Origin: Tubiluchus corallicola
Taxonomy: Eukaryota; Animalia; Priapulida
Direction of reading: 5' to 3'
Length of the DNA: 64,000 bases
Assembly: GCA_030141605.1 (NCBI GenBank)
Contig: JAQGDQ010000850.1
Location: forward strand, 1 to 64,000
Position 1 is the stretch's first letter. Every line of letters starts with the position of its first letter. This document shows positions 1 to 12,742 of this stretch, in pieces. Made by a program: the position numbers and the translations under genes. The notes under the pieces are model-generated. The model was not told the DNA's origin. It searched no databases and was given only the letters and a program-made list of their open reading frames with translations.

Positions 1-217
1 ATGTGTGCATGGCTGCATGCGCACAACAGCCAAACACCTCGTTGCTAGAGCGCAGTGTGCTGGGCTGTGAAGCAAACAGTACTACCTCCGTGATCTGGTT
101 CCAACAGGTACAAAGAAAGAGCTAAAGAAAAAGACATTATATTGAATATTATCAGTAATATCGAGTGAAAACAGGGGGTGCTGCAGTTCCACTGTACCTA
201 TACACGAGGCACCACTG
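1..217 (-). mobile_element. MITE end, same family as 35705-36165
   Basis: reverse complement matches about 35705-35905; ends ACGAGGCACCACTG. Confidence 0.75.
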
Positions 218-1236
218 AAATCGTCTAATGAAAGACTAAATGACTAATTTGTTTGATGTCACATTTCAATTAAAAAATAAGGAAGAAATACGCTTATAAT
301 AAGTTAATTGTTATCAAATTGCCATGTGCTCACGCATTAGGTCTCCTTTTTTGCGATTCATTTGCAGTATTCTAAGAACTTCTTTAGATTCGACAGCAGA
401 GCAAAATATTTCACGTAATTAATACCTGCTCCAGTGGAGGTAAAAACCACCCCAGCTACTGCTATACAAAAACAATTTCCATTACTTTATTCATGAGATT
501 GGGAAAATTCCAGGCGTATTTAGACTAATGAAAAACCTCATAAGAAACATGATTTTTAATGTACAAAGAGAGGACATGTTCGGAAGAAACGGATGTATGT
601 TTAGCCCACTCATCTTCCCAATTGCCAAAAAGTACCCTTTTTGTTATGAGGGAAATAAAAAATAATGGAAGTAGATTTAATAAAATTGTTTTTAAACTTT
701 AATATATATATATATATATATGTAAGAATATCTAAATATATATATATATTTATATATATCCGCTTGGAAATAACATTGAGTGATGAACTTGGTATCAAAA
801 TGATCTTCATGAAATGGAGATTCAGGATATGTGAATAACTAGAATAGTTTAATTGCCGAGGTATAGACGATTTTGGTATGCAAACACACACATGTGATTG
901 CATAATATAACTATTTCTGCTTGACATTCCACAGTAGCAGATATATATATATATATATGTAAGAATATCTAAAAATAAGACGCTTGCGTGTGGCCATAGA
1001 GCTTTTGCTGCTTTTACATCATCTTTACGTCAATTTTGTGCACTATAATAAATGTAGAAACAGTCTGTTTAACACAACTAAACATTTATCATATGCGCTA
1101 AAATGTTAGCATAGCAGTTTTGCTTTAAATCTGTCACCCGCTGTAATTAATCTCATTGTTTCTGGATCCCAAACATTTAATGACTTGCCCGGTGGTTTGA
1201 AGTTCCCGCTACTTTTCACAATGTCATCACCAACTG

Positions 1237-2272
1237 TATAAGTATAAGTATATTTATTTCCACTCTGCATCTAACAGTTATAAAAATACAGATAATTTCA
1301 CTGAAGTAAATATAAATATAAATGCAATGTTATCCAGAAATTACAAGAGATTCTTATGCAGCATATACATGTGCAAATTACATTACAGAGTAATTTTGAT
1401 GCATGCAGTTTGAGCCTAAAAGCATAGCTTGACAGGCCAAACTGTACGTGGAAATCATAAAGAAATGATTAATAATTGAAATAATAATAATATATATATA
1501 AAAGTGGAGGGGGAGTAGTGAATGAAAGATGAAATGGAGCGAGAACTTAGAAAAACTGTGATCATGATTATAAAGTGTTCAGTAACCTGTTGAGCATAGT
1601 CACGTTTTATTAAGATTACTGTGGAAAAAGAATGCAGGTGATTACCATTATCAAACTGTGTTACTCTCAATACTTTTGAAATATTTCTTTTCTGACGGTT
1701 TTTTTAAAAGTTGAAAGGGAGTGACTACATTTTGAATTGCGGCTTAGTCTATTCCATAGGACTGGTCCCATATAGCTAATGAAATGTTTCGCCATATTTG
1801 TTCTACAACGTCTTGGTATATATTCATTATGTCTGGTATTGTATCTTTTTACATTTATCTTGACTGGATTTTCAAAAAAAGTTGGAAATAAGTTGTTGTT
1901 GGTTCTATACATGTATATACATCCATTAAAATTAATAACATCATCCAGAAGTAATATCTGACATTGCTTAAAATGTGTAGTAGTAATTGTGCTCCTTTTG
2001 TCTAGTTTGAAGATGACACGTAAAAATTTTCGCTGTAAAACTCTTAAGCATTCTAAATTTGTAGTATAAGTAAAGCCCCATAATGTTGTGCAGTAATTTA
2101 AATATGATAATATTAAACTGTTATATAAACTATTAATATAATGTTATATAATGTTAGAAGATGTTCGGTGTTCAGAAAGTTTTTAATATATGAGATAATA
2201 CCTATATTTTTTGATATTTTCAATCTGATCATGAATATATGTGGTCGCCAGGCTAGATGCTCATTCAGGATG
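1237..2272 (-). mobile_element. CR1/L2-group LINE 3' remnant
   Basis: minus ORF ...RTNMAKHFISYMGPVLWNRLSRNSKCSHSLSTFKK is typical of the ORF2 C-terminus; degraded upstream. Confidence 0.7.
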
Positions 2273-2758
2273 TAACTCAAGCACTAGGTGACTAGGTGTT
2301 TCACGTGAATATGTACGATACACAGCAACAGATTTTCAATGTTTTTATCAGTATCAGAATTTCATAAACTAACTTCATGAAAAAATGAAGCGACCGAACT
2401 TGCAAGCACTTGTGAATTTTAAACGTAGTAATCAGATTTGCAGTTTTTTTTCTTTTTTTATCAATTCACTTATATAAATTATGCTTCTCAAATAATTACA
2501 CACACTTATATAAATTATGCTTCTCAAATAATTACACGTAGATGACATTAATTCGTTTCTAAAATTTATTTAAAGCCTTTGCAATGCATACTAAAGTGAG
2601 AGTCATGACTCATACTTCCCACACTCAGTAATATACTACACCCATTGGCTGATTGATTTAGTTGGTTAATCGAGTCAAAACACTTCTGTCCCAAAGTGAG
2701 TCTATTAAGCGGTGCCTGCTGTAATAGTTTCTTAACTTTCGTTTGATGCTTCTCTTAG

Positions 2759-2906
2759 GAACTGGAACAGATCGAGGAATCGTGGAAATCTGAAACAGCT
2801 GAACTGATGCAGACAATTCAACTTTTACAAGAGGAAAACAAGAAGTTGTCTAGTGACTTAGCTCTGAAGGAAGGCAGCAATCAGATGTCTTGTTCAATGA
2901 CTGATA
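2759..2906 (+). CDS. RILPL1: RILP-like protein, internal coding exon (first in window; 5' exons lie upstream)
   Basis: tctcttag acceptor; reads ELEQIEESWKSETAELMQTIQLLQEENKKLSSDLALKEGSNQMSCSMTD, a coiled coil resembling RILPL1 after RH1; donor A|gtaagt, phase 1, matches next exon. Confidence 0.85.
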
Positions 2907-4927
2907 GTAAGTCTTTGCTGTAGATGAGCTCAAATGTCTTGTTTAATGACTGATAGTAAGTTGCTGTAGATGACCTCAAATGTCTTGTTTAATGACTGAT
3001 AGTAAGTCTTTGCTGTAGATGACCTCAAATGTCTTGTTTAATGACTGATAGTAAGTCTTTGCTGTAGATGACCTCAAATGTCTTGTTCAATGACTGATAG
3101 TAAGTCTTTGCTGTAGATGACCTCAAATGTCTTGTTCAATGACTGATAGTAAGTCTTTGCTGTAGATGACCTCAAATGTCTTGTTTAATGACTGATAGTA
3201 AGTCTTTGCTGTAGATGACCTCAAATGTCTTGTTCAATGACTGATAGTAAGTCTTTGCTGTAGATGACCTCAAATGTCTTGTTCAATGACTGATAGTAAG
3301 TCTTTGCTGTAGATGACCTCAAATGTCTTGTTTAATGACTGATGGTAAGTCTTTGCTGTAGATGAGCTCAAATGTCTTGTTCAATGACTGATAGTAAGTC
3401 TTTGCTGTAGATGACCTCATGTGTCTTGTTCAATGACTGATAGTAAGTCTTTGCTGTAGATGAGCTCAAGTGTCTTGTTCAATGACTGATAGTAAGTCTT
3501 TGCTGTAGATGAGCTCAAGTGTCTTGTTCAATGACTGATAGTAAGTCTTTGCTGTAGATGACCTCAAATGTCTCTGATAGTAAGTCTTTGCTGTAGATGA
3601 CCTCAAGTGTCTTGTTTAATGACTGATGGTAAGTCTTTGCTGTAGATGAGCTCAAATGTCTTGTTCAATGACTGATAGTAAGTCTTTGCTGTAGATGACC
3701 TCAAATGTCTTGTTCAATGACTGATGGTAAGTCTTTGCTGTAGATGAGCTCAAATGTCTTGTTCAATGACTGATAGTAAGTCTTTGCCGTAGATGACCTC
3801 AAATGTCTTGTTCAATGACTGATAGTAAGTCTTTGCCGTAGATGACCTCAAATGTCTTGTTCAATGACTGATAGTAAGTCTTTGCCGTAGATGAGCTCAA
3901 ATGTCTTGTTCAATGACTGATAGTAAGTCTTTGCCGTAGATGACCTCAAATGTCTTGTTCAATGACTGATAGTAAGTCTTTGCTGTAGATGAGCTCAAAT
4001 GTCTTGTTCAATGACTGATGGTAAGTCTTTGCTGTAGATGACCTCAAATGTCTTGTTCAATGACTGATGGTAAGTCTTTGCTGTAGATGAGCTCAAATGT
4101 CTTGTTTAATGACTGATAGTAAGTCTTTGCCGTAGATGACCTCAAATGTCTTGTTCAATGACTGATGGTAAGTCTTTGCCGTAGATGACCTCAAATGTCT
4201 TGTTCAATGACTGATGGTAAGTCTTTGCCGTAGATGAGCTCAAATGTCTTGTTCAATGACTGATAGTAAGTCTTTGCCGTAGATGACCTCAAATGTCTCG
4301 TTCAATGACTGATAGTAAGTCTTTGCTGTAGATGAGCTCAAATGTCTCGTTCAATGACTGATAGTAAGTCTTTGCTGTAGATGAGCTCAAATGTCTTGTT
4401 CAATGACTGATAGTAAGTCTTTGCTGTAGATGAGCTCAAATGTCTTGTTCAATGACTGATAGTAAGTCTTTGCTGTAGATGACCTCAAGTGTCTTGTTTA
4501 ATGACTGATAGTAAGTCTTTGCTGTAGATGAGCTCAAATGTCTCGTTCAATGACTGATAGTAAGTCTTTGCCGTAGATGAGCTCAAATGTCCCGTTCAAT
4601 GACTGATAGTAAGTCTTTGCTGTAGATGAGCTCAAATGTCTTGTTCAATGACTGATAGTAAGTCTTTGCCGTAGATGACCTCAAATGTCTCGTTCAATGA
4701 CTGATAGTAAGTCTTTGCTGTAGATGAGCTCAAATGTCTCGTTCAATGACTGGTAGTAAGTCTTTGCCGTAGATGAGCTCAAATGTCTCGTTCAATGACT
4801 GATAGTAAGTCTTTGCTGTAGATGAGCTCAAATGTCTTGTTCAATGACTGATAGTAAGTCTTTGCTGTAGATGACCTCAAATGTCTTGTTCAATGACTGA
4901 TAGTAAGTCTTTGCTGTAGATGAGCTC
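2881..4927 (+). repeat. 49-bp tandem array (about 42 copies) spanning an exon end and 5' splice site
   Basis: unit ATGTCTTGTTCAATGACTGATA|GTAAGTCTTTGCTGTAGATGACCTCAA. Confidence 0.97.
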
Positions 4928-5672
4928 CACATACATAAAATTTTTCACAGTTTATAGTTATAAAGGCTGAAGAAATGGAAAAGCACGAAGAAAATTAAAA
5001 CAATCATCTTGTGTTACATCAGGCGGCATATTTTTCATATTTTCATATAAATATAAAATTTGTGAGAGCTTCGCGAAGACATACACTTTATAATTGTGTG
5101 CTAATGCACCAGAAATTTGGTCAACAATCGTGTTTTCTATAAAACCCAATGTTAGATGTAATGAACTTTTATTATCTAGCATGAAATTATCGAGAAAGTG
5201 CTCGAAAGTTACTAAAAATTTAATTTTGTATATCAAGTTTTCTGGCTAGAAACTAGTATTGCAATTGCAAAAAACTCGTGTTTTCACCCACCCCCCATTC
5301 CTCTCGGTGGCCCCGATTCAAAAAGTAAACCATCAATGAGACGACACTAGATCGAGACCTTTCATTTGATATATAGATTGCCGAAAATGGTGCCGCCATT
5401 GGAGCTGTAGCCTTAAATCATGTTTATATATAAAAACCCCATACCACCAAAATTATTACTATTACTAAAATATTACCTATAATTATTATTATATGTAATA
5501 TTTGATTAATAATTGATCGATATATAATTGATTAAAATTTGTTCTTTATTCAGAACTAAAAGAGTTCTCTTATTCATTGTTTTGACACGGTTTTACAGTT
5601 CCTTTCGATGTTTTTCTTATACGTGGATTCGTTACTAAACCACCTTAATTAATAAAATGTTCTCATGAACAG

Positions 5673-5794
5673 GTATGTTAGCCGATACGGACTTTGCAAT
5701 GGTAGCGAAGTTGAAGGAAACCATTGACAAGCAGCGCGAACAGCTCCGGTCTTCCGACAGATCCCTGAGTCAGAAAAACGTGGATCTGGACGCT
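5673..5794 (+). CDS. RILPL1: RILP-like protein, coding exon
   Basis: aacag acceptor; (S)MLADTDFAMVAKLKETIDKQREQLRSSDRSLSQKNVDLDA (LKE.IDKQR motif); gtaagt donor, phase 0. Confidence 0.9.
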
Positions 5795-6211
5795 GTAAGT
5801 ATAACCGCACGTGCGATTCTTAAATTCCGGGAAGCACTTGAATTCCGGAGGATTAATTTCAAATTTAAAGGAGGAATTTCTCCCGGGGGAGTGGAGATTA
5901 ACGTTTAATTACCCGAAGAGTGTTAATTTATTTTCAAGAATTTGCAGGATTTCTATTAAAATCTTTGGAAATCCTACGATAGTATCGCTTAGTTTTTTAT
6001 GCCGCCATGCTGTACCACATGCATTGCCAGTAATCTTCATGTTGTGGTGCCTTGCAACAAGTAGCACGCAAAGGTTAGCGCTACTGCCACAAAAGTGTCT
6101 TAGTGCCGTCTATTTCCACAGCTCGGCAGTTTCTTAGTTCAAACCTAACAAACAGAGATTATGCTATGTGTAAAAATGAACTGAAGCATGGATCATGTGC
6201 CCAAAATAACA

Positions 6212-6666
6212 GTGCAAATTGCGGCCCGCAAAGAGATTTGTCAAACGTAATGAAAGTGCGGCCCAGGCGATTAATTGAGTGTATCCAGCTGAAGTCCGCG
6301 CCACGATCCCAAAGATAGTGCGGGTAGTTTTTTCTACTAGATCGGATGCCATTAACCCTTACAAGACGGTTGTAGCTTAATGTCACTGTACTACACTGAT
6401 TGTGTGATACACATTACTAATATGTATTGTAATGAAATTACCACTATCTGTCCTGAAAGTGGAAATATATGGTTTGTAATATAAATTTTAATAACTTCTA
6501 AAATAGTTTCTTGAGTGTAGTAGTAATGATGTACGCAGGTCGGATGCAAAAAAAATCATTATTAGGCCTTTCTGTGCTTGGCTCCTTGATCAAACTACCT
6601 GTGGCCCACAGGAATTGCGGGAAAGTTTAATGTGGCCCGGCTAGTCAGATAATTTGCACACCCCTG
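6212..6666 (+). mobile_element. hAT-type MITE, 5'-truncated
   Basis: near-identical to 14505-14985 and 58004-58479; ends TTTGCACACCCCTG. Confidence 0.85.
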
Positions 6667-6931
6667 CAGTACATTAACTTTGAAGAAAGATTTGCAGTTT
6701 TTCTACTTAAAGTTACTCAGTGACTCTAAAAATGAACAGACAATGCAGAGACATAAGCAACAGGCTAAAAATGAAATTCATTTACAGTCATTTATAGATC
6801 CAGATCTGGCACATAGAGATCTGGATCGGATCAGGAACCAGCAAAATTGAATCAGATGTATCCCTGCTAAAATGCCACAAATGACACCTTGATCAAAGTG
6901 TTAATACTAACGAATTGCACCTGTGTTGCAG

Positions 6932-7108
6932 TTGGAGTCTCAGGTAGAAGTGTTAACGAAGGTGTGTCGGGATCTGCGCAGGAAGAATCGGTTGATCCAG
7001 AAGCACGGTCGCATGGCGGTGGAGGAGAAAGCGGAACTGCAGACTCAGTTACAGGACAAGAATCAGCAGATCAAGCGTTTGAAACAGAAACTTGGCTTCA
7101 GTGACAAG
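6932..7108 (+). CDS. RILPL1: RILP-like protein, coding exon
   Basis: gttgcag acceptor; LESQVEVLTKVCRDLRRKNRLIQKHGRMAVEEKAELQTQLQDKNQQIKRLKQKLGFSDK; AAG|gtgagt donor. Confidence 0.9.
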
Positions 7109-7536
7109 GTGAGTTTACAAAGCGTTTGAAACAGAAACTTGGCTTCAGTGACAAGGTGAGTTTACAAAACGTTTGAAACAGAAACTTGGCTTCAGTGACA
7201 AGGTGAGTTTACAAAGCGTTTGAAACAGAAACTTGGCTTCAGTGACAAGGTGAGTTTACAAAACGTTTGAAACAGAAACTTGGCTTCAGTGACAAGGTGA
7301 GTTTACAAAGCGTTTGAAGCAGAAACTTGGCTTCAGTGACAAGGTGAGTTTACAAAGCGTTTGAAGCAGAAACTTGGCTTCAGTGACAAGGTGAGTTCAC
7401 AAAACATTTGAAACAGAAACTTGGCTTCAGTGACAAGGTGAGTTTACAAAACATTTGAAACAGAAACTTGGCTTCAGTGACAAGGTGAGTTTACAAAACA
7501 TTTGAAACAGAAACTTGGCTTCAGTGATCAAGTGAG
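7073..7536 (+). repeat. 47-bp tandem array (about 10 copies) spanning an exon end and 5' splice site
   Basis: unit AAGCGTTTGAAACAGAAACTTGGCTTCAGTGACAAG|GTGAGTTTACA. Confidence 0.97.
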
Positions 7537-7744
7537 ATTTTTCTAGTTTGCGTTGCATTAAAGGAAAACAGTACAAATTTTTCAGACCAATGTTTGTGAA
7601 ATATTAGATTATATGACTACATATGAAACTGCAATTTATGTAACAGCATAATGTAAATTAGAAACATAATGGTTAGCAAATGCGACTAGCAATGATGTCA
7701 TAATCTTTTAATGGCATAAACTCTGATCATTTGCGAAACTTTGT

Positions 7745-7880
7745 GAAGAGAAAGAGAGAGAGAGAAGAGAGGGAGGAGAAAGAGAGAGGGAAGAGAGAGA
7801 GAGAGAATGAGAGCAGAGACAGGGAGAGGGGAAAGGAGGGAGCAGACAGTGAGTGAGTGAGTGAGTGAATGAGTGAGTGA

Positions 7881-7937
<57 letters not shown>

Positions 7938-8056
7938 AGAAGAGAGAGGGAAGAGAGAGAGAGAGAGCAGAGCAGAGAAAGGAGGAGGGAGAGAGAATGA
8001 GAGCAGAGACAGGGAGAGAGAGGGGAAAGGAGGGAGCAGACAGTGAGTGAGTGAGA

Positions 8057-8087
<31 letters not shown>

Positions 8088-8232
8088 TGTGTGTGCGCGC
8101 ACGCGTGCGTGTGAGAGAGAAAGAGAGAGAGACAGGGAGAGGGGAAAGGAGAGAGCAGACAGTGGGTGAGTGAGCGAGTGAGGGGAGAGAGAGAGAGAGA
8201 GAGAGAGCTGATAGAGGGGAAGAGGAAGAGGG
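7745..8232. repeat. compound (GA)n/(GT)n/(GAGT)n microsatellite
   Basis: seen directly in sequence. Confidence 0.9.
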
Positions 8233-9319
8233 AATCTTATTTTATGCCAGAAATTCTATAAAAAGCCTATACACATAACATACTGTTGCAAGCAGATTAC
8301 TACAAATGCCTGCGCTGCACACAAACTTATGGTATTAAGCTTGTCACTGTGACTGAGTATTTTACCACAGCACAAGATTTTGTGGAAATATTAATACTTT
8401 CCGTAATCCCGAGGATTTTGTTTAAGCCCTGTAATGTTTTCCTTTGCAATCAATAATGCATACCGGTAATATGCTTGCATCTTTCAAAGTACAGTTCAAC
8501 CCGCCCAGTTTGCAAGTAACTTTACATCTTGGTGATTGTGGCAGAACTGGGATCTAAGTAATTATCAAGGATAATACTCTGAAGTGATATTGAACCGGGT
8601 CAATTTGTCGTGTCCTGGCATATGTTCATCTTTAGTCGTCAAGTAAGTAGCCAGTGACAGTGGGACAGATGGCACGGCATTGTTTAAGTACGGCGACGAT
8701 GTCTGCACCGTGACGACTCGGCTATTTTCATTTTGTGTGGACTTGTAAATTCACTTGTAATTTCAGAAAACAGTGAATTGTCATACGTGTGCCTGCAAAC
8801 CAAAACCGCCCATAAGTCGGCATAGTTAAAACTACGTTATGATGCTTCAAAGTAGAAAATTGGGTCAAATGTCAATTTTTTGTTCTTTTATAAAAACAAA
8901 TGCTAAATATATTGGACTTCTATATTCTAGCATCAAATTATCAAGAAAATGTTAAAAAATACTTTGAACCTAATTTTCTAGCATTTTCTAACCCTGTGCC
9001 CACTTCTCTAACTAAAAACTAAAAATTTTTAGGTTTGTGTAAGAATAGTATTTTCTTGTTCTTTATTTTATTAATAAGATAATGATAAAATATTTATTGT
9101 CAAGGACAAAATACTAAAAAAAGCAGTTGATAAGATCTGGCCATTAAAAATCACTGAGAGATCTTAACTACTCTGTAACTAGCAGGAATTTCCATTTTTG
9201 CAAATACAGTAGCACAATGTAGATTATACATGTGTAACTCGTATGTATAATGCAGTCTAGCTAGCATAAAAAGCCTTTTTAGCCTTGGTAACATGTAAGT
9301 GACTTAAATTAGAGATTTG

Positions 9320-9885
9320 CAAAACTGTCTAAAATGCAAAATCGTCCATAAATCGACATAGTTAAAACTACGTTGTGATGCTTCAAAGTAGAATGACCCA
9401 AAAATTTGGTCGAATGTCAATTTTTCGTATTTTGTAAAAACCAGCGCTAAATATATTGGGCTTTTATATTCTAATATTTAATTATCAAGAAAGTGTTCAA
9501 AATATACTAAAAATTTAATTTTATAACTCCTTACCCACTTTCTGCCTAGAAACTAGTGCTGTAATTGTAAAAAACTTGGATTTTCATAAGTAGCTCCTGG
9601 CAGCTGGCATTTACTGTTGCCAAGCCCAGATCTTCGTCAATAAGAGCCATCTACTGGATTTAAACATACGTTCAACATGTTTTATAAAATCCGTAGCAAC
9701 CAACATTTGTGCGGTTGCTATGTATTTCGAAGAAACGCGACAAAAACAATGGCCAACTTTAACAGTGATTTTCTCAAGATTATGTTTTTCAGTGTGCAGC
9801 CTGTACCTCAACTTCAACGTGGATTTTCTCCGCTTAGAAAAGCTTAGTTGCCGATTTATGGATGATTTTGCTATGCAAGCACACG
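9320..9885 (+). mobile_element. dispersed MITE-like family (partial copies also at 760-895 and 8786-8990)
   Basis: matches 17341-17985 (CATAGTTAAAACTACGTT...GATGCTTCAAAGTAGAA). Confidence 0.7.
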
Positions 9886-9972
9886 ATGAAACACTTAAAA
9901 ATATTTTTTAACTCATACTTTCTTATAGAATGAGTCATGGCCTAATAATGTTGAGTTTTCTTCACGTTTCAG

Positions 9973-10142
9973 GAGGGCATGGTTGCCACACCCGACCTAG
10001 AAGGTAAGCTTGTGATAGACGTGAACGACCCAGACAGACCGCGTTTCACCCTGAACGAGCTGAGGCAGATCTTGTGGGAGCGGAACGAACTGAAGAGCAA
10101 ACTGATGGAACTGGAGGAGGAATTGGAGCAGTTTAGACCCTG
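9973..10142 (+). CDS. RILPL1: RILP-like protein, RH2 (Rab-binding) domain exon
   Basis: gtttcag acceptor; DPDRPRFTLNELRQILWERNELKSKLMELEEELEQFR is the RH2 signature; TG|gtatga donor, phase 2. Confidence 0.92.
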
Positions 10143-10184
10143 GTATGAGATGTGGTTTGTTGAATTTGGCAACAGCCTCGTTAA

Positions 10185-10770
10185 CTCCTTCATGACCGCA
10201 CCATTCAAAATAGGTCTTATAAGACCCGTGACTTTTCTGGTACTGTATGAGTACAGACATAACTAAATGATGACAAATTAGGTACTGTTCTGTTCAGGAG
10301 AATCTCGGCTATCGAATCATGCTGTTTGTTTAAACTTTTATAAGTGATTTAATTGGATAAAATTAAGAAAAACATGCCCTTTTCAGGCACTCCAAATTAC
10401 CTACTATATAGCTTAGTCTCGTGTACACATGCATGATCATACACGCTACTTTATTTAATGCCCCTTGCTACAGCCCAAGAGATCTGGCTGATGTACAGAG
10501 TTCCTGTACAAATCAACAGATCAATGAAGGAGAAATTAAGGTCGTTTCATCTTGTAACAGGAATTTCTGCTTAAAAATAGAGTAGACTTGAGGCCAAAGT
10601 CTATCAGAGTGTTGTGTCTGGATAGTTGCCATTTTCTGCATTAGCTGATTTCACACAAGTGATACTGTACATTGTTACAGTGCAAACACTGCAGTTACTT
10701 AAAGCTTTTTTTCAACTTTTTTCATCAAAAATCTGGCTAAGGAAAGCAAATTAATTTCATTAATAGTTAT
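10185..10770 (+). mobile_element. piggyBac-like MITE, 3'-truncated
   Basis: TTAA|CTCCTTCATGACC start; matches about 15622-16200. Confidence 0.7.
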
Positions 10771-11129
10771 CCATTATTTCGCCCATATGGTAAGTCGTCA
10801 CTTTGTTTGCATCCAAGTAACGTGTAACGACACGTGTGCAAGCTTTTACATTGCGAGCGGCCCGTACTAGGCGTTTTTAAGACAATTAGGTGATTGATTC
10901 TACATTACCGGGAGTCTAATACATGGCACCTCCTGTGTTAGCTTAATATCTGTAAATACGGACAATCGGCAAATTCGGACCGACGTCTACCCGCTTTTGT
11001 CCGACAAACCGTGATACGAGTGCAATTATTTTTCATCTTTTTGACACGGTAAAGTAATTTGTACCTAAAAAAGTAGCTAAATTAACGATGAGCGTGCTAA
11101 GCCAAACTATTAAATTGTTTACATTTTAG

Positions 11130-11237
11130 CTCTCTTTCTGACGATATGTATGAGGGAGATGCCCAGGGTCCAATCAACAAAGAACCAGATGAAAAACTTT
11201 ATCCGATGAAGTACCAGAAATCGGGAATCAAGCGATT
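11130..11237 (+). CDS. RILPL1: RILP-like protein, coding exon
   Basis: attttag acceptor; SLSDDMYEGDAQGPINKEPDEKLYPMKYQKSGIKR (QGP..EP.EKL...SGI.R motif); TT|gtaagt donor. Confidence 0.88.
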
Positions 11238-11330
11238 GTAAGTTTGTTTTTGTTGCATTGTACAAAAAAATTCTCTTTTGTAGACGTTTTTACAAAATCT
11301 TATCTAAAATAGCTGGGTATTTGTGTGCTG

Positions 11331-11937
11331 TAAGTCCTCGCTTAACGACTCGCGGTTTAGCGACGTTTCGTTTTAACGACGCTGATCATTTAACCCCTTT
11401 TTTCACTTAACGAGGCACGTCTCGCTTAACGACTCCCGGTTTAGCAACGTTTCGTTTTAACGACGCTAATCATTTAACCCATTTTTTCACTTAACGAGGC
11501 ACGCCTCGCTTAACGACTCCCGGTTTAGCAACGTTTCGTTTTAACGACGCTGATCATTTAACCCCTTCTTTCACTTAACGAGGCATGCCTCACTTAGCGA
11601 CTCCCGGTTTAGCGACGTTTCGTTTTAACGACGATGATCATTTAACCCTTTTTTTCACTTAACGAGGCATGCCTTGCTTAACGACTCCCGGTTTAGCGAC
11701 GTTTCGTTTTAACAACGCTGATCATTTAACCCCTTCTTTCACTTAACGAGGCACGTCTTGCTTAACGACTCCCGGTTTAGCGACGTTTCGTTTTAAAGAC
11801 GCTGATCATTTAACCCCTTTTTTCACTTAACGAGGCATGTCTCGCTTAACGACTCCCGGTTTAACGATGTTTCCTTTTAACAACGCTGATCATTTAACCC
11901 CTTCTTTCAGTTTAATGACGCACGTCTCGCTTAACGA
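11331..11937 (+). repeat. about 85-bp tandem array (7 copies) resembling a pogo/Tigger-type terminal sequence
   Basis: begins GTAAGTCCTCGCTTAACGAC; unit CGCTTAACGACTCCCGGTTTAGCGACGTTTCGTTTTAACGACGCTGATCATTTAACCCC... Confidence 0.9.
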
Positions 11938-12029
11938 TGATTTTTTTACTTTGCTCAATGCAAATTATGAACAAAATTTTTAACCAATCTGATGCAATCT
12001 TGATGGACGAAATGATTTTCCGTTTGCAG

Positions 12030-12282
12030 TTTTCGATTCTTCTTCGGAGACGAGAGCCCGTTCTCCAGCGCACGGAGCAGTCCGGTTCACCAGCGCGCCG
12101 CTAAGCAGAGCGGCGTACGATCCAGTTCGCCTGATCCGAAACGAGCTAGCCGCGCAGAGTCGCCGGACACGAAGTCGCTAGGATCCGCGTCTCCGAGTCC
12201 GGACAAAACCTCGAAGCCGTTTAATGCTAAAACCACAACGACCAAAGCGAATTCCGCAAGCAAGGTTACTCATGAACAGTAA
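12030..12282 (+). CDS. RILPL1: RILP-like protein, terminal coding exon
   Basis: tttgcag acceptor completes SGIKRFFRFFF; Ser/Pro-rich tail ends at TAA 12280-12282. Confidence 0.82.
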
Positions 12283-12441
12283 GCGTAGGAGTAGATTATT
12301 ATTATTATTATTATTGACGGTACTCGTATTGTAAACAATTATGTATCATTCGTTCATTTTATATGTGTATATATATATATATGCAATGCAGACCCACCAA
12401 CCATTTGATGTTAAAATGAGTGTGAAATGTAGAAAGCCCGG

Positions 12442-12742
12442 ATATCATCTTCCCCCTGGCAGGGGTCCAGGAGATCCTCTCCCCCCTGGCAGGGGTCCAG
12501 GAGATCCTCTCCCCCCTGGCAGAGGTCCAGGAGATCCTCTCCCCCCTGGCAGAGGTCCAGGAGATCTTCTCCCCCCTGGCAGGGGTCCCGGAGATCATCT
12601 CCCTCTGGCAGAGGTCCAGGAGATCCTCTCCCCCCTGGCAGGGGTCCAGCAGATCTTCTCCCCCCTGGCAGAGGTCCAGGATATCCTCTCCCCCCTGGCA
12701 GGGGTCCAGCAGATCTTCTCCCCCCTGGCAGGGGTCCAGGAG
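12442..12742 (+). repeat. 29-30-bp GC-rich minisatellite (about 10 copies) just after the RILP-like stop codon
   Basis: unit GAGATCCTCTCCCCCCTGGCAGGGGTCCAG. Confidence 0.95.

Noticed and set aside
2881-4927. CRISPR-like array
   Set aside because: Units are contiguous with no unique spacers, the context is a eukaryotic intron, and there are no cas genes. The same applies to 23884-24740.
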